64,000 bases of DNA from contig WGOA01000029.1 of assembly GCA_016124275.1 (NCBI GenBank), positions 58,877-122,876 on the forward strand, given 5' to 3'. This document shows, piece after piece, positions 55,198 through 64,000 of this stretch. The translations under genes were made by a program, and so were the position numbers. Source of the stretch: Bacteroidota bacterium. Its GTDB lineage: Bacteria > Bacteroidota > Bacteroidia > Chitinophagales > BACL12. Numbering within the stretch: the first letter of the stretch is position 1; each line of letters begins with the position of its first letter. A model generated the notes under the pieces. That model did no database searches. It was given only the letters and a program-made list of their open reading frames with translations, and had not been told where the DNA came from.

Positions 55198-58100
55198 GTG
55201 CTGTACAAATTGCTTTCGCTGATTAAAATGGTTGTGGTGGTTGGCCTGGTTGGGCTTTCCGGTGCTCCCGTGGCCGGACCAGGGGGTTTGCCCTTGAGCC
55301 AGGGTCTTGCCGGGCCAAACAATCCGGAGGTTTCGTCCGGGCAAACCCTGCCGTTCTGGGCCCTTTCCAGCCCTTGGGCCGATTCGCTGTTGGCAGCCAT
55401 GACCACCGAAGAAAAGCTCGGGCAATTGTTCATGGTTGCGGCCTATTCCAACAAAGGTGCCGACCACGAGGCGGAACTGGCGCGCCTGATCCGCGAACAG
55501 CACATCGGCGGACTCATCTGGTTTCAGGGCGGTCCGCTGCGGCAAGTCAACCGCAACAACCGGTTGCAGGCCCTCAGCAAAATTCCGCTGCTGCTGGGCA
55601 TGGACGCCGAGTGGGGTCCGTCCATGCGCCTGGACAGCACCGTGCTTTATCCTCGCCAACTCAGCATGGGGGCTATTTCGGACGATAAGGTTGTCTATCG
55701 TTTTGGGGCGGAGGCCGCCAGGCAACTGAAGCTGTTGGGCGTGCACGTGAGCTTTTCGCCCGTTATAGACGTCAACAACAACCCGCTGAACCCCGTCATA
55801 GGCGACCGCTCCTTCGGCGAAGACCCCATGAATGTGGCCCTCAAAGGCCTGGCCTACATGGAGGGCTTGCAGCAAAACGGCATTCTGGCCTGTGGCAAGC
55901 ATTTTCCCGGCCACGGCGATACCGACGCCGATTCGCACCTGGAATTGCCCGTGATTGCCCACAAATGGGCGCGGCTTGATTCCATAGAGCTGTACCCGTT
56001 TCGCGTGCTGATGAGCCAGGGTTTGGCCAGCGTCATGACGGCACACCTGCACATTCCATCGCTGGACAACCGCAAGAACCGCGCCGCGTCCATTTCGGCT
56101 TCCATAACTTCTTCTTTGTTGCGCGACAGTCTGGGCTTCGGCGGTTTGGCCATCACCGATGCGCTGAACATGAAAGGCGTCAGCTCGCATTACGCGCCGG
56201 GGGCTTTGGAGGTCGAAGCCTTCGTTGCGGGCAACGACATTTTGCTTTTTCCCGAAGACGTACCGGCAGCCATGCGGGCGCTGACCAAAGCGCTGAGCGA
56301 AGGCCAAATCAGCATGGCTGACCTGGATGCGCGTGTGCTGCGCATCCTCAAAGCCAAAGCCTGGGCGGGCTTGGATCGCTATGCACCAACGCCCACCGAA
56401 GGTTTGGTGGCCGCACTCAACAACCAACAAGCCCAGTGGACCCGCCGCGAAATTGTCGAGCAGCGGCTGACCCTGTTGCGCAACACAGACAGCGTACTGC
56501 CTTTCAAAACGGGCAGTAAACCCGACCTGATGCTGGTTGATTTGGGGCGCAGCAGCAGTTCGGCTTTTCAGACGCAGTTGCAGGAGTTTGGACCCTTTCC
56601 CGCGCTGGCCTTGCCGGATGGCAGCGCCGCCGCAAGCTACACGGCTGCTTTGAACCAGGCCGCCGGACACGATGTCGTCGTTGTCGGACTGCACGGCATG
56701 ACCCGCTCCGCTAAGCAGAATTTCGGCATCAGCGAAACTGAACAAACGTTCATTCAGCAACTCAGCCAGAAGACCAGGGTAATTTTAGTGCTGTTTGGCT
56801 CGCCGTATGCTGTCCAGAACTTTTCTTATGTTCCGCAGTTGATGTGCGCGTACGATGAACAATCGGACGGGCAACAAGCCGCAGCCCGCGCCTTGTTTGG
56901 CCAGCTTCCCATTCGGGGCAGGCTTCCGGTCAGCGCGGGTGCGTCGTTTCCATCCGGCACCGGCCTCGACCTTGCGGCCACCCGACTCAAACCTTCGGTG
57001 CCAGAACAAGAGTTCTTCGCCAACGCCGCTGTTCAGCGCATTGACAGCATTGCGCAGCGCGTCCTCGATTTGGGTGCCGCCCCCGGCTTGCGCATTCTGG
57101 TGGCGCGCCACGGCAACATCATCGTGGACCGCGCTTACGGGTTCCACAGCTACCCCGATCAGTTACGCGTAAAACACGACGACCTTTACGATCTGGCGTC
57201 CATCACCAAAGTAGCCGCCACCACGCTGGCTGTGATGAAGTTGTATGACGAAGGCAAATTTCGCCTGGACGCAACGGTCAAGGATTACCTGCCGGAGTTT
57301 GCCGATAAACCGGTGGCCAACCTGCGCATGGACGCCATCCTTACGCACAGCGCCGGGCTTCAACCCTGGATTCCGTTTTACCGCTTTACCCTGAACAAGG
57401 ACAAGACGCTCAACGAAGCGTACTACCGCAGTGCCCCAGAAGGCGACTTCAATGTGGCCATCGCCGACGGCATCTGGATGCACCGCAGCTGGCAAGACAG
57501 CATTTGGCGCCGCATCGCCGAAGCGCCGCTCTTGCCCAAAGCCGAGTACAAATACTCCGACCTGGGTTTTTACCTCCTGGCCCGAATCGCGGAACGCCTG
57601 AGCGGCCAACCGCTGGACGAGTACGTGCAGGAGCAGTTCTACCAGCCCATGGGCCTGGAAACTATGGGCTTCAACCCGCTGAACCGCCTGCCCTCCGAGC
57701 GCATCGTGCCCACCGAGCGCGATGTCTATTACCGCCATCAACTCGTGGACGGCTATGTGCATGACATGGGCGCAGCCATGATGGGCGGGGTAGCCGGGCA
57801 TGCGGGGCTTTTTTCCACAGCGGGCGAATTGGCCGCCGTGTTTCAAATGCTGCTCAACGGCGGAACCTACGGGGGGCATCGCTTCTTGCAACCGCAAACT
57901 GTGCAGCAGTTTAGCGCCCGCCAAAGCAACGACAGCCGCCGCGGCCTCGGCTTTGACAAACCCGAAACCGACCGCCGCAAAATCAGTCCGGCCAGCCTCT
58001 CCACCTCCCCATACGCTTTCGGCCACAGCGGCTTTACCGGCACCATTGTCTGGGCCGACCCGCAATACGATCTTGTCTATGTGTTCCTGTCCAACCGCGT

Positions 58101-58236
58101 TTACCCCGATCAGGACAACAAAACCCTGATCTCTGAGAGCATCCGCACCAAAGTGCAGGACCAAATTTACCGGGCCCTCCGCGAGGGTGCCTGGGACTTT
58201 TCATCCACCACCCAGGATACGGTGGCCAAGCCGTGA
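55198..58236 (+). CDS. Fusion of a glycoside hydrolase family 3 (NagZ-like) domain and a serine hydrolase / class-C beta-lactamase-like domain
   Basis: 1012 aa (GTG at 55198; ATG at 55228 is also possible). GH3 motifs GMDAEWG, KHFPGHGDTDADSH and ITDALNM. The C-terminal half has LASITKV (SxxK), YKYSDLGF and GHSGFTG. Confidence 0.8.
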   Translation: MLYKLLSLIKMVVVVGLVGLSGAPVAGPGGLPLSQGLAGPNNPEVSSGQTLPFWALSSPWADSLLAAMTTEEKLGQLFMVAAYSNKGADHEAELARLIREQHIGGLIWFQGGPLRQVNRNNRLQALSKIPLLLGMDAEWGPSMRLDSTVLYPRQLSMGAISDDKVVYRFGAEAARQLKLLGVHVSFSPVIDVNNNPLNPVIGDRSFGEDPMNVALKGLAYMEGLQQNGILACGKHFPGHGDTDADSHLELPVIAHKWARLDSIELYPFRVLMSQGLASVMTAHLHIPSLDNRKNRAASISASITSSLLRDSLGFGGLAITDALNMKGVSSHYAPGALEVEAFVAGNDILLFPEDVPAAMRALTKALSEGQISMADLDARVLRILKAKAWAGLDRYAPTPTEGLVAALNNQQAQWTRREIVEQRLTLLRNTDSVLPFKTGSKPDLMLVDLGRSSSSAFQTQLQEFGPFPALALPDGSAAASYTAALNQAAGHDVVVVGLHGMTRSAKQNFGISETEQTFIQQLSQKTRVILVLFGSPYAVQNFSYVPQLMCAYDEQSDGQQAAARALFGQLPIRGRLPVSAGASFPSGTGLDLAATRLKPSVPEQEFFANAAVQRIDSIAQRVLDLGAAPGLRILVARHGNIIVDRAYGFHSYPDQLRVKHDDLYDLASITKVAATTLAVMKLYDEGKFRLDATVKDYLPEFADKPVANLRMDAILTHSAGLQPWIPFYRFTLNKDKTLNEAYYRSAPEGDFNVAIADGIWMHRSWQDSIWRRIAEAPLLPKAEYKYSDLGFYLLARIAERLSGQPLDEYVQEQFYQPMGLETMGFNPLNRLPSERIVPTERDVYYRHQLVDGYVHDMGAAMMGGVAGHAGLFSTAGELAAVFQMLLNGGTYGGHRFLQPQTVQQFSARQSNDSRRGLGFDKPETDRRKISPASLSTSPYAFGHSGFTGTIVWADPQYDLVYVFLSNRVYPDQDNKTLISESIRTKVQDQIYRALREGAWDFSSTTQDTVAKP

Positions 58237-58245
58237 ACATATAAT

Positions 58246-58602
58246 TTAATATATATTATATATAAAATTTAAAATAATTTTCTGCCTGTCCTCAACTTCC
58301 TTTTCGCTTTTGTGGTACAGCTCAATGAATACTATTTTGTTTGGTTCCTTGGAGTACACATAGATCAAACGAAAACCTGAATTGTTTCCCTTTCCTTTAA
58401 AACTATCGCTTGCAATTCGCTTCATTTTAATAACGCAACTCGAAATCCCCAATCCAGAAATTCTATAACTGAAAGGTGGCAATGCATCAGGTCTGACGTG
58501 CAGCACCTTCTTCACGACTTCCATATCGCGTTCTAAGGTTCGATACTTCTTTGCCAGCCGCTTGAAATCCTTTTCATACGCTGGCAAATATTCAAAAATC
58601 AT
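58246..58602 (-). CDS. RelE/HigB-like type II toxin
   Basis: 118 aa and AT-rich. FKRLAKKY...KGKGNNSGFRLIYVY...IVFIELYHKSEKE matches the RelE-fold pattern (KGKxGGxRxIY ... Y.K..). Starts 5 nt after the antitoxin stop. Confidence 0.7.
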   Translation of the reverse strand: MIFEYLPAYEKDFKRLAKKYRTLERDMEVVKKVLHVRPDALPPFSYRISGLGISSCVIKMKRIASDSFKGKGNNSGFRLIYVYSKEPNKIVFIELYHKSEKEVEDRQKIILNFIYNIY

Positions 58603-58607
58603 ACCTC

Positions 58608-59390
58608 TTAGTCATAAGTCCTTACCGAATGAGATAAATCCCGGTAAAAAACTAAGTTGTAGTCAATGCGGTCACCATCTTTGGTAGCTATCAGCGGAAA
58701 GTCTGTCTGCGTATGGTCTTGTATCATGTTTGCGCTCCAGTTGCCAATACGAAGCAATGCCTGATCAATGACGATTTTCTCAGCAGCGTTCAAACACTTA
58801 AGCTTCCCTTGCTCTAATGGCAGGTAGCGGATTGAAAAAAAACCTTTCGTCTTTATTTTTATACGCTTTATTATTTCTGTATCAATCATAATATTTATTG
58901 TACTATAAAATACTTCCGCAACTGGGTAGTTTCCTGATTTTCTATAAGCCGCCCCTGTTAAATGTTCCTCATATATTTCATAATAATTAAAGTCACACAA
59001 ATACAAAAGGCTTGAAAGTCCCGACTCATTAATGTTTGCTTTCCCAGCACATTGTTCCAGCAGATACAATAGTACACTTGTGAACTTTTCTATATGAAGT
59101 TCGGGCTCCGAAACTCTCAATTCATGGTCAACAGTTGCTTCCATTACTTGCCTCGCTTGAGCTGTAATTTTTGATTCAACGGATAGTATATCTACCATTG
59201 AAAAACCAAGGACTGAAGAAAGGCGTTGGAGCTCGAAGACATCTAAAGACCTGTTGCCCAGTTCGATCTGGGCAAATGAAGGTCTTGAGATAGCGATGCT
59301 TTGGGCAACATCGTGTTGCGATAACCCCTTTGCTTTGCGCAGTTTCATGATTCGCTGTCCCAATTCTAAAGGAGAAAGTTCTGAATCCAT
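58608..59390 (-). CDS. XRE-family HTH fused to a DUF4065 (Panacea/SocA-like) antitoxin domain
   Basis: 260 aa. N-terminal HTH LGQRIMKLRKAKGLSQHDVAQSIAISRPSFAQIELGNR. The C-terminal part (FTSVLLYLLEQ...LSSLLYLCDFNYYEIYEEHLTGAAYRKSGNYPV) fits the DUF4065 pattern KLxKLLYxxD...G.P.TG..Y....GPV. Confidence 0.65.
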   Translation of the reverse strand: MDSELSPLELGQRIMKLRKAKGLSQHDVAQSIAISRPSFAQIELGNRSLDVFELQRLSSVLGFSMVDILSVESKITAQARQVMEATVDHELRVSEPELHIEKFTSVLLYLLEQCAGKANINESGLSSLLYLCDFNYYEIYEEHLTGAAYRKSGNYPVAEVFYSTINIMIDTEIIKRIKIKTKGFFSIRYLPLEQGKLKCLNAAEKIVIDQALLRIGNWSANMIQDHTQTDFPLIATKDGDRIDYNLVFYRDLSHSVRTYD

Positions 59391-59643
59391 CGTTTGGACT
59401 AATTCTTAGTGAAGACTGTGCAAAATTAAATCCTGTGTGTTTATAAATCAACTAAATGTTTTAATATCGAACACATAACGTAATTTTGCCCTGGATTTCA
59501 AGACCTCGCCCCATTGAGCCAAATTCCCGAATTTTACCCTTCCTGCTGAACTCTTCAGCGGGGGAAAGTGTTGTTACAGCCTGAGCAGCTGTGCAGCTTA
59601 ATCCCTCCTGTTTTTCCCTATTGACCCCACCTATCCCCACCCT

Positions 59644-60780
59644 ATGAAAATTGGCATTGTTTGTTACCCGACCTATGGAGGAAGTGGGGTGGTGGCCACC
59701 GAGTTGGGCAAAGCCCTGGCAGACCGGGGACACAAGGTGCATTTTATCACCTACCGGCAGCCCTTTCGGCTGGACTCCTTCCACGAAAACCTGTTCTACC
59801 ACGAGGTAGCCAGCAGCAATTATCCACTGTTTGAATACCCGCCCTACGAAACAGCGCTGGCCGGTAAAATCGTGGACGTTGCCCGTTTTGAAGGGCTGGA
59901 CTTGCTCCACGTGCATTATGCCATTCCCCATGCAGCGGCTGCCTATATGGCCAAGCAGATTTTGGCCTCGCAGGGGCATCATTTGCCGGTGGTTACCACC
60001 TTGCACGGCACGGACATTACCCTGGTGGGCCGCGATGAGAGCTTTGAACCGGTGGTGACCTTTTCCATCAACCAGAGCGACGGGGTTACTTCCGTTTCGG
60101 AGTGGCTCAAGCAGGAGACTTACGCGCACTTCCGGGTCACGCGCGAGATCAACGTTATCCCCAACTTTATTGACTTCAGCCGCTTTAAAAAGCTGAACAA
60201 GGAGCACTTTCGAAAAGCCATTGCCCCGAACGGCGAAAAGATCCTGATCCATACCTCCAACTTCCGAAAGGTCAAGCGCGTCAATGACGTAGTGTTGGTT
60301 TTTGATCAGATCCGAAAAGTGATCCCCGCCAAACTCCTGCTCATCGGCGACGGTCCCGAGCGTCAGGGTGCAGAACGCCTCTGCCGCGAACTCGGCACCT
60401 GCGATTCCATTTCCTTCTTGGGCAAACAGGAGGCCGTTGAGGAACTGCTCGCCGTCTCCGACCTGTTCTTCATGCCTTCCGATAGCGAAAGCTTCGGTCT
60501 TGCCGCCCTCGAAGCCATGGCCTGCCAGGTGCCCGTCATCAGCACCGACACCGGTGGCTTGCCCGAAATCAACCTGCACGGCGTCACTGGCTTCTTAGCT
60601 CCTGTTGGCGACATCGACGCGATGGCGCGTTATTCCCTGCAATTGCTTCGCGACGATGAGATGCTCAAGCGCTTCCGCGCTGCAGCTTACGAACAGGCCC
60701 TTCGCTTCAAAATCGAGAACGTGCTGCCGCAGTACGAGGCGTTGTATCGAAAAGTAGCCGGCGTGGAGGTGGAGGTTTAA
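59644..60780 (+). CDS. bshA: N-acetyl-alpha-D-glucosaminyl L-malate synthase (GT4), bacillithiol biosynthesis
   Basis: 378 aa. [37 protein letters not shown] is the characteristic BshA N-terminus. C-terminal [24 protein letters not shown] is the GT4 EX7E region. Confidence 0.85.
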   Translation: MKIGIVCYPTYGGSGVVATELGKALADRGHKVHFITYRQPFRLDSFHENLFYHEVASSNYPLFEYPPYETALAGKIVDVARFEGLDLLHVHYAIPHAAAAYMAKQILASQGHHLPVVTTLHGTDITLVGRDESFEPVVTFSINQSDGVTSVSEWLKQETYAHFRVTREINVIPNFIDFSRFKKLNKEHFRKAIAPNGEKILIHTSNFRKVKRVNDVVLVFDQIRKVIPAKLLLIGDGPERQGAERLCRELGTCDSISFLGKQEAVEELLAVSDLFFMPSDSESFGLAALEAMACQVPVISTDTGGLPEINLHGVTGFLAPVGDIDAMARYSLQLLRDDEMLKRFRAAAYEQALRFKIENVLPQYEALYRKVAGVEVEV

Positions 60781-60861
60781 GTAGGGGTACCAAAACGCAG
60801 GTTTGGGGATGGCTTTAACTTTTCTCAACTTGCAACATCCTTGCTCTAACCACCCCATGCC

Positions 60862-61515
60862 ATGGAAACCATCTTTCAGATTTTTCTGATCCTGCACATC
60901 GCGGGCGGTGCGGTCGGTCTCCTTTCAGGACTGGTCAATGTAGTTCGCAAAAAGGGCGACAAGAACCATGTTAAGGTAGGGAAGCTTTTCTTTTTCTCCA
61001 TGCTAACCGCAGGGTTGTCATCGTTGGTGCTGGCGATCCTTCATCCGAATCACTTTCTTTTTATGGTTGGCGTTTTCACCTTGTACATGGTCAGTACAGG
61101 TAATCGCTACCTGTCTCTCAAACAGCTCCGCAAAGGTCAAAAACCCAAGCCCATTGACTGGATAATAACAATTATTATGTTGTTAGCTGGTCTGGTTTTC
61201 ATAGCGCTTGGAACCATAAACCTGATCAATGCCAATTTCTTTGGATTGGTTTTTGTAACCTTTGGGGCATTGGGAATGCTCTTTGTCCGCCAGGATTTTC
61301 AAAACTACCGCGGCAAAGCAAAGGCTCTGAATTACTGGTTACTGGCCCACCTTCAGCGCATGATAGGGGCGTTCATTGCCGCTTTGACGGCATTTTTGGT
61401 GGTAAACGCCCAGCATCTTCCCAACCAAATTCCTGGTTTTCTCTATTGGCTGTTGCCTACGCTGATCTTCACCCCGTTGATCATTTCATGGAGCAGGAAG
61501 CGCGAGAAAAATTAG
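60862..61515 (+). CDS. Hypothetical integral membrane protein (about 6 TM)
   Basis: 217 aa and lower GC. Six hydrophobic stretches. No family confidently recognised. Confidence 0.55.
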   Translation: METIFQIFLILHIAGGAVGLLSGLVNVVRKKGDKNHVKVGKLFFFSMLTAGLSSLVLAILHPNHFLFMVGVFTLYMVSTGNRYLSLKQLRKGQKPKPIDWIITIIMLLAGLVFIALGTINLINANFFGLVFVTFGALGMLFVRQDFQNYRGKAKALNYWLLAHLQRMIGAFIAALTAFLVVNAQHLPNQIPGFLYWLLPTLIFTPLIISWSRKREKN

Positions 61516-61555
61516 CCATCCTAAATATTCATTCTACAAAATACAAGCAACACTC

Positions 61556-61912
61556 ATGTCTCCCGCCGAAGACTTCATCTACCAATTTGATGGAAATCAA
61601 CGCGCGGTCATGCACTATTTGCACAGATGGTTTACCTATGAGTTGTTTCTAATCGATAAAATAAGATTTAGAATACCTTTTTATTACGGCCGCACCTGGA
61701 TTTGCTACATGAATCCATTAAAAAATGGGAATGTAGAGTTAGCCTTTATTCGCGGCCATGAACTATCTAATGCACAGGGTCTATTAGAAAGCAAAGGCAG
61801 AAAACAGATCTGCGGTATTGAATTGCAGCAAGTTTCAGCGATCCCGGTCAAAGCGTTGAACGAAATTGTGCAGGAGGCCATTCTACTGGATGCTACCAAA
61901 AAAATAAAATGA
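61556..61912 (+). CDS. Small cytoplasmic protein, DUF1801/YdhG-like (tentative)
   Basis: 118 aa. Overall pattern (…MHYLHRWF…IPFYYG…VELAFIRGHEL…). The family assignment rests on weak memory. Confidence 0.45.
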   Translation: MSPAEDFIYQFDGNQRAVMHYLHRWFTYELFLIDKIRFRIPFYYGRTWICYMNPLKNGNVELAFIRGHELSNAQGLLESKGRKQICGIELQQVSAIPVKALNEIVQEAILLDATKKIK

Positions 61913-62040
61913 CAGTTAAAACTTGTTAATAGCAGGTAAATTCTATGGAACATAACATGTTTAAAGGTTCCTTAGTGCCAGGGTGTTAATTGAATAACAT
62001 CCAATATTTTGTATTCTTTCAATTTTAATTAACTTTACAA

Positions 62041-62835
62041 ATGGCCAGAAATATTCTTTTTCATATCTTATTTTTTGTTGCCTATGTGCCACTCACAACA
62101 GCACAAACCAACATCCAGGCTGAGGAATATAGTACTATTGCGGCACAGCACAGAAAAAACCTGCAACCTGACAGTGCAATTTTCTTTTACGAAAAAGCGG
62201 CAACCGCCTATCAGGCAAATGGTGACTTGGCTAAATTCATCAATGCTTACAATGACATAGGCATCCTCCTGACCCGGCAAGACAATTACCTGAAGGCAAA
62301 ATCCTACCTCGAAAGTGCTTTAGCAACAGGCCTTTCTTTACCCGATACCAACAGTCTGGAAGTTGCAACTACTTACCTTAGTCTCGGGGTCGTGTATAAT
62401 GCTGAAGAACAGTACGACCAGGCGCTGCGTTACCACCATAGAGCCCTTGTTATTCGGCTTGTCAAACTCGGCGAAAAGCATGCTGATGTAGCCACTTGTT
62501 ATGGCAACATAGGCAACGTTCATCGCAACAACAAAAGCTACGAAAAATCAATTGAGGCCCATGAAAGAGCTATGTATATCAGGGCAGAACTCTTTGGAGC
62601 AACCAGTGCTGAGATCATTGAATCCTATGTGGGTCTGGGAAACGCTTACCGGGAAAAGAAGGAGTACACTACCGCGCTCCTTTACTTTGAAAAAGCCCTG
62701 AACAATAAGATTATACAACGCGGGGAAGGACATAAGGATTTGTCCAGATTCTATAAGTATATTAGTGACGTATACTATCTTATGGATAATAAAGAACAGG
62801 GAGACTTGTATAAGGAGAAAGCGATAAAAATATAA
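62041..62835 (+). CDS. Secreted tetratricopeptide-repeat protein
   Basis: 264 aa and AT-rich. Signal peptide ending TTA|Q. Repeated A..Y..LG.VY....Y..A...H..AL.IR TPR_12-type units. Confidence 0.75.
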   Translation: MARNILFHILFFVAYVPLTTAQTNIQAEEYSTIAAQHRKNLQPDSAIFFYEKAATAYQANGDLAKFINAYNDIGILLTRQDNYLKAKSYLESALATGLSLPDTNSLEVATTYLSLGVVYNAEEQYDQALRYHHRALVIRLVKLGEKHADVATCYGNIGNVHRNNKSYEKSIEAHERAMYIRAELFGATSAEIIESYVGLGNAYREKKEYTTALLYFEKALNNKIIQRGEGHKDLSRFYKYISDVYYLMDNKEQGDLYKEKAIKI

Positions 62836-62871
62836 TCCGTCGCAATTCTGAGCCTGAAAAGCAACATCGAT

Positions 62872-63267
62872 TTACTTATCCTCCCCCCTCCACGCCGTCA
62901 CCTCAATCTCAATTTTCATCCGCGGATCCGCCAGCTCAGCATACCACTGCGTAGCGGTGGGGAGTGCCTTGCCAAAGGCTTCCCGCAGCAGCGGCCAACA
63001 GCGCGAAAAGTCCTGACCTGGTCTAAGAATGTAGTGCACCCGCACCACTTGGTCCAGCATGCATCCTGCCAGGGTCAAGGCCTGTCGGATGTTCTCCAAA
63101 GCGTTCCGGGTTTGGTCCTCCAGATCGTCAGGCAACGTGTGGGCGGCATAGTCAAAGCCAGTAGTACCAGAGACCAGCACCCAAGGCCCGCAAATCACGG
63201 CCCTGGAATACCCGATTTGCTCTTCAAACTTAGAACCGGTCGAAATACGTGCAATCATGGGTAACAT
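62872..63267 (-). CDS. RidA/YjgF family protein
   Basis: The track ORF runs to 63519 and overlaps the upstream gene. The ATG at 63267 (or 63258) gives about 130 aa, MLPMIARISTGSKFEEQIGYSRAVICGPWVLVSGTTG..., the typical YjgF/RidA-like size and pattern. Confidence 0.7.
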   Translation of the reverse strand: MLPMIARISTGSKFEEQIGYSRAVICGPWVLVSGTTGFDYAAHTLPDDLEDQTRNALENIRQALTLAGCMLDQVVRVHYILRPGQDFSRCWPLLREAFGKALPTATQWYAELADPRMKIEIEVTAWRGEDK

Positions 63268-63283
63268 TGGTTGCGTTAGCGGA

Positions 63284-64000
63284 CTAGTGGTGTTGAACAA
63301 AGAGGCGCAGACTGCGCATCGCCGCGCCGGCCTTGAGACGAACCAGGTACACCCCGGGTTCCAAATCAGCCACGCCCAGCACTGCCTCTCCGCGAACCTG
63401 CGGCTGCTGCATCCGCACCCTCCCCTGAACATCCAGCAATTGTAAGTCGAAAACCTGCCCGGGCCAGGAAACGGCGCAGGCATCAGAAACCGGATTCGGG
63501 TACAAAATCGTCTCCGCAACCGCAGGTAGCTCCGGTGATCCTACCCCACTGGCCGAACAGATGATCTGACTCAGGTAAACCCAGACCGAATCGTTAAACG
63601 TGACGGGCACTTCGCCTGCGCCTGGGGCGTCGCCCATTCGAACCATGACCAAACCCTGATCAGGTACTACGTTGATGATCTGGCCATTCTTACCCAGTGC
63701 GGAGATCATAGCATCCGGAGCGTTGGGATGCAGGGAGCCGGGAATCGAAAACGGAAAACCAGGTACCATAAAAGCTGACTGACCGTTGAGCCACCACAAG
63801 TATCCGTAGGCGGGGTTCAGCGCTTGCGAAGGCGTTGTCATAGCGCGAAAGTAGGCCGTGTCACTAAGCAACGTCGCTCCGTTCCAGTTGCCGCCGCCCT
63901 GAATGAGCAACCCAAAACGCGCCATGCTGCGGGCCGTACTAAAGAATACGTTGTTGTAATCTACCGGCACAAAGAGCCCGGTCATTCCGGTCGGCGTTTT
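63284..64000 (-). CDS. Serine hydrolase/beta-lactamase-family protein with a T9SS C-terminal domain (C-terminal part; the N-terminus lies beyond the window end)
   Basis: The frame is open to the window edge. YGYLWWLNG and ALGKNGQIINVVPD resemble the C-terminal lobe of class-C-like serine hydrolases. The last ~75 aa (ILYPNPVSDACAV...PGVYLVRLKAG) form a Por-secretion tail. Confidence 0.65.
   Translation of the reverse strand, partial: KTPTGMTGLFVPVDYNNVFFSTARSMARFGLLIQGGGNWNGATLLSDTAYFRAMTTPSQALNPAYGYLWWLNGQSAFMVPGFPFSIPGSLHPNAPDAMISALGKNGQIINVVPDQGLVMVRMGDAPGAGEVPVTFNDSVWVYLSQIICSASGVGSPELPAVAETILYPNPVSDACAVSWPGQVFDLQLLDVQGRVRMQQPQVRGEAVLGVADLEPGVYLVRLKAGAAMRSLRLFVQHH

Noticed and set aside
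55078-56760. 560-aa ORF on the minus strand
   Set aside because: It lies entirely antisense to the well-supported GH3/beta-lactamase gene. The sequence is Arg/Gly/Ala/Gln-rich low-information sequence with no motifs. This is the typical shadow ORF of high-GC DNA.

Overview
This is a high-GC Bacteroidota-type chromosomal segment. The evidence is many T9SS C-terminal sorting domains, signal peptides that mostly end in A|Q, no obvious Shine-Dalgarno usage, and bacillithiol bshA. It is densely coding and mostly housekeeping. Genes present include korAB, purF, an Lrp/methionine-gamma-lyase pair, a MoxR plus three-PPIase chaperone operon, an RsbU/RsbV/RsbW-like partner-switching module, rlmD, a patatin-like lipase, comF, radA, tatC, rpiB, M28 peptidases, lutB-like, a fused 2-oxoacid dehydrogenase E1 alpha/beta, mutL, two rhomboids, a GH3/beta-lactamase fusion and bshA. 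I found no rRNA, tRNA, CRISPR array, transposase or integrase. Two real ORFs run off the window edges, and the first is missing from the ORF track: 1..1644(-), lysyl-oxidase-like, and 63284..64000(-). The most interesting region is 40.2-49.9 kb. A two-gene cassette (a ~900-aa secreted right-handed beta-helix protein plus a ~490-aa secreted protein, both with T9SS C-terminal domains) is present twice, flanking a glutaminyl cyclase gene. The cassette interiors are visibly AT-rich and diverged, while the ends are GC-rich and conserved. Each large gene carries a (CA)n microsatellite immediately after its conserved ATG. The tract is in frame in one copy ((CA)8) and out of frame in the other ((CA)10), which looks like a slipped-strand phase-variation switch. 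Other notable items are an AT-rich islet carrying an XRE-HTH/DUF4065 (Panacea-like) antitoxin with a RelE-like toxin, a DUF853/HerA-like ATPase gene interrupted by one in-frame TAG, a G-rich 12-mer repeat array upstream of radA, and several 8-9 nt G/C homopolymers inside catalytic motifs. All functional calls come from motif recognition by eye. No searches were run.
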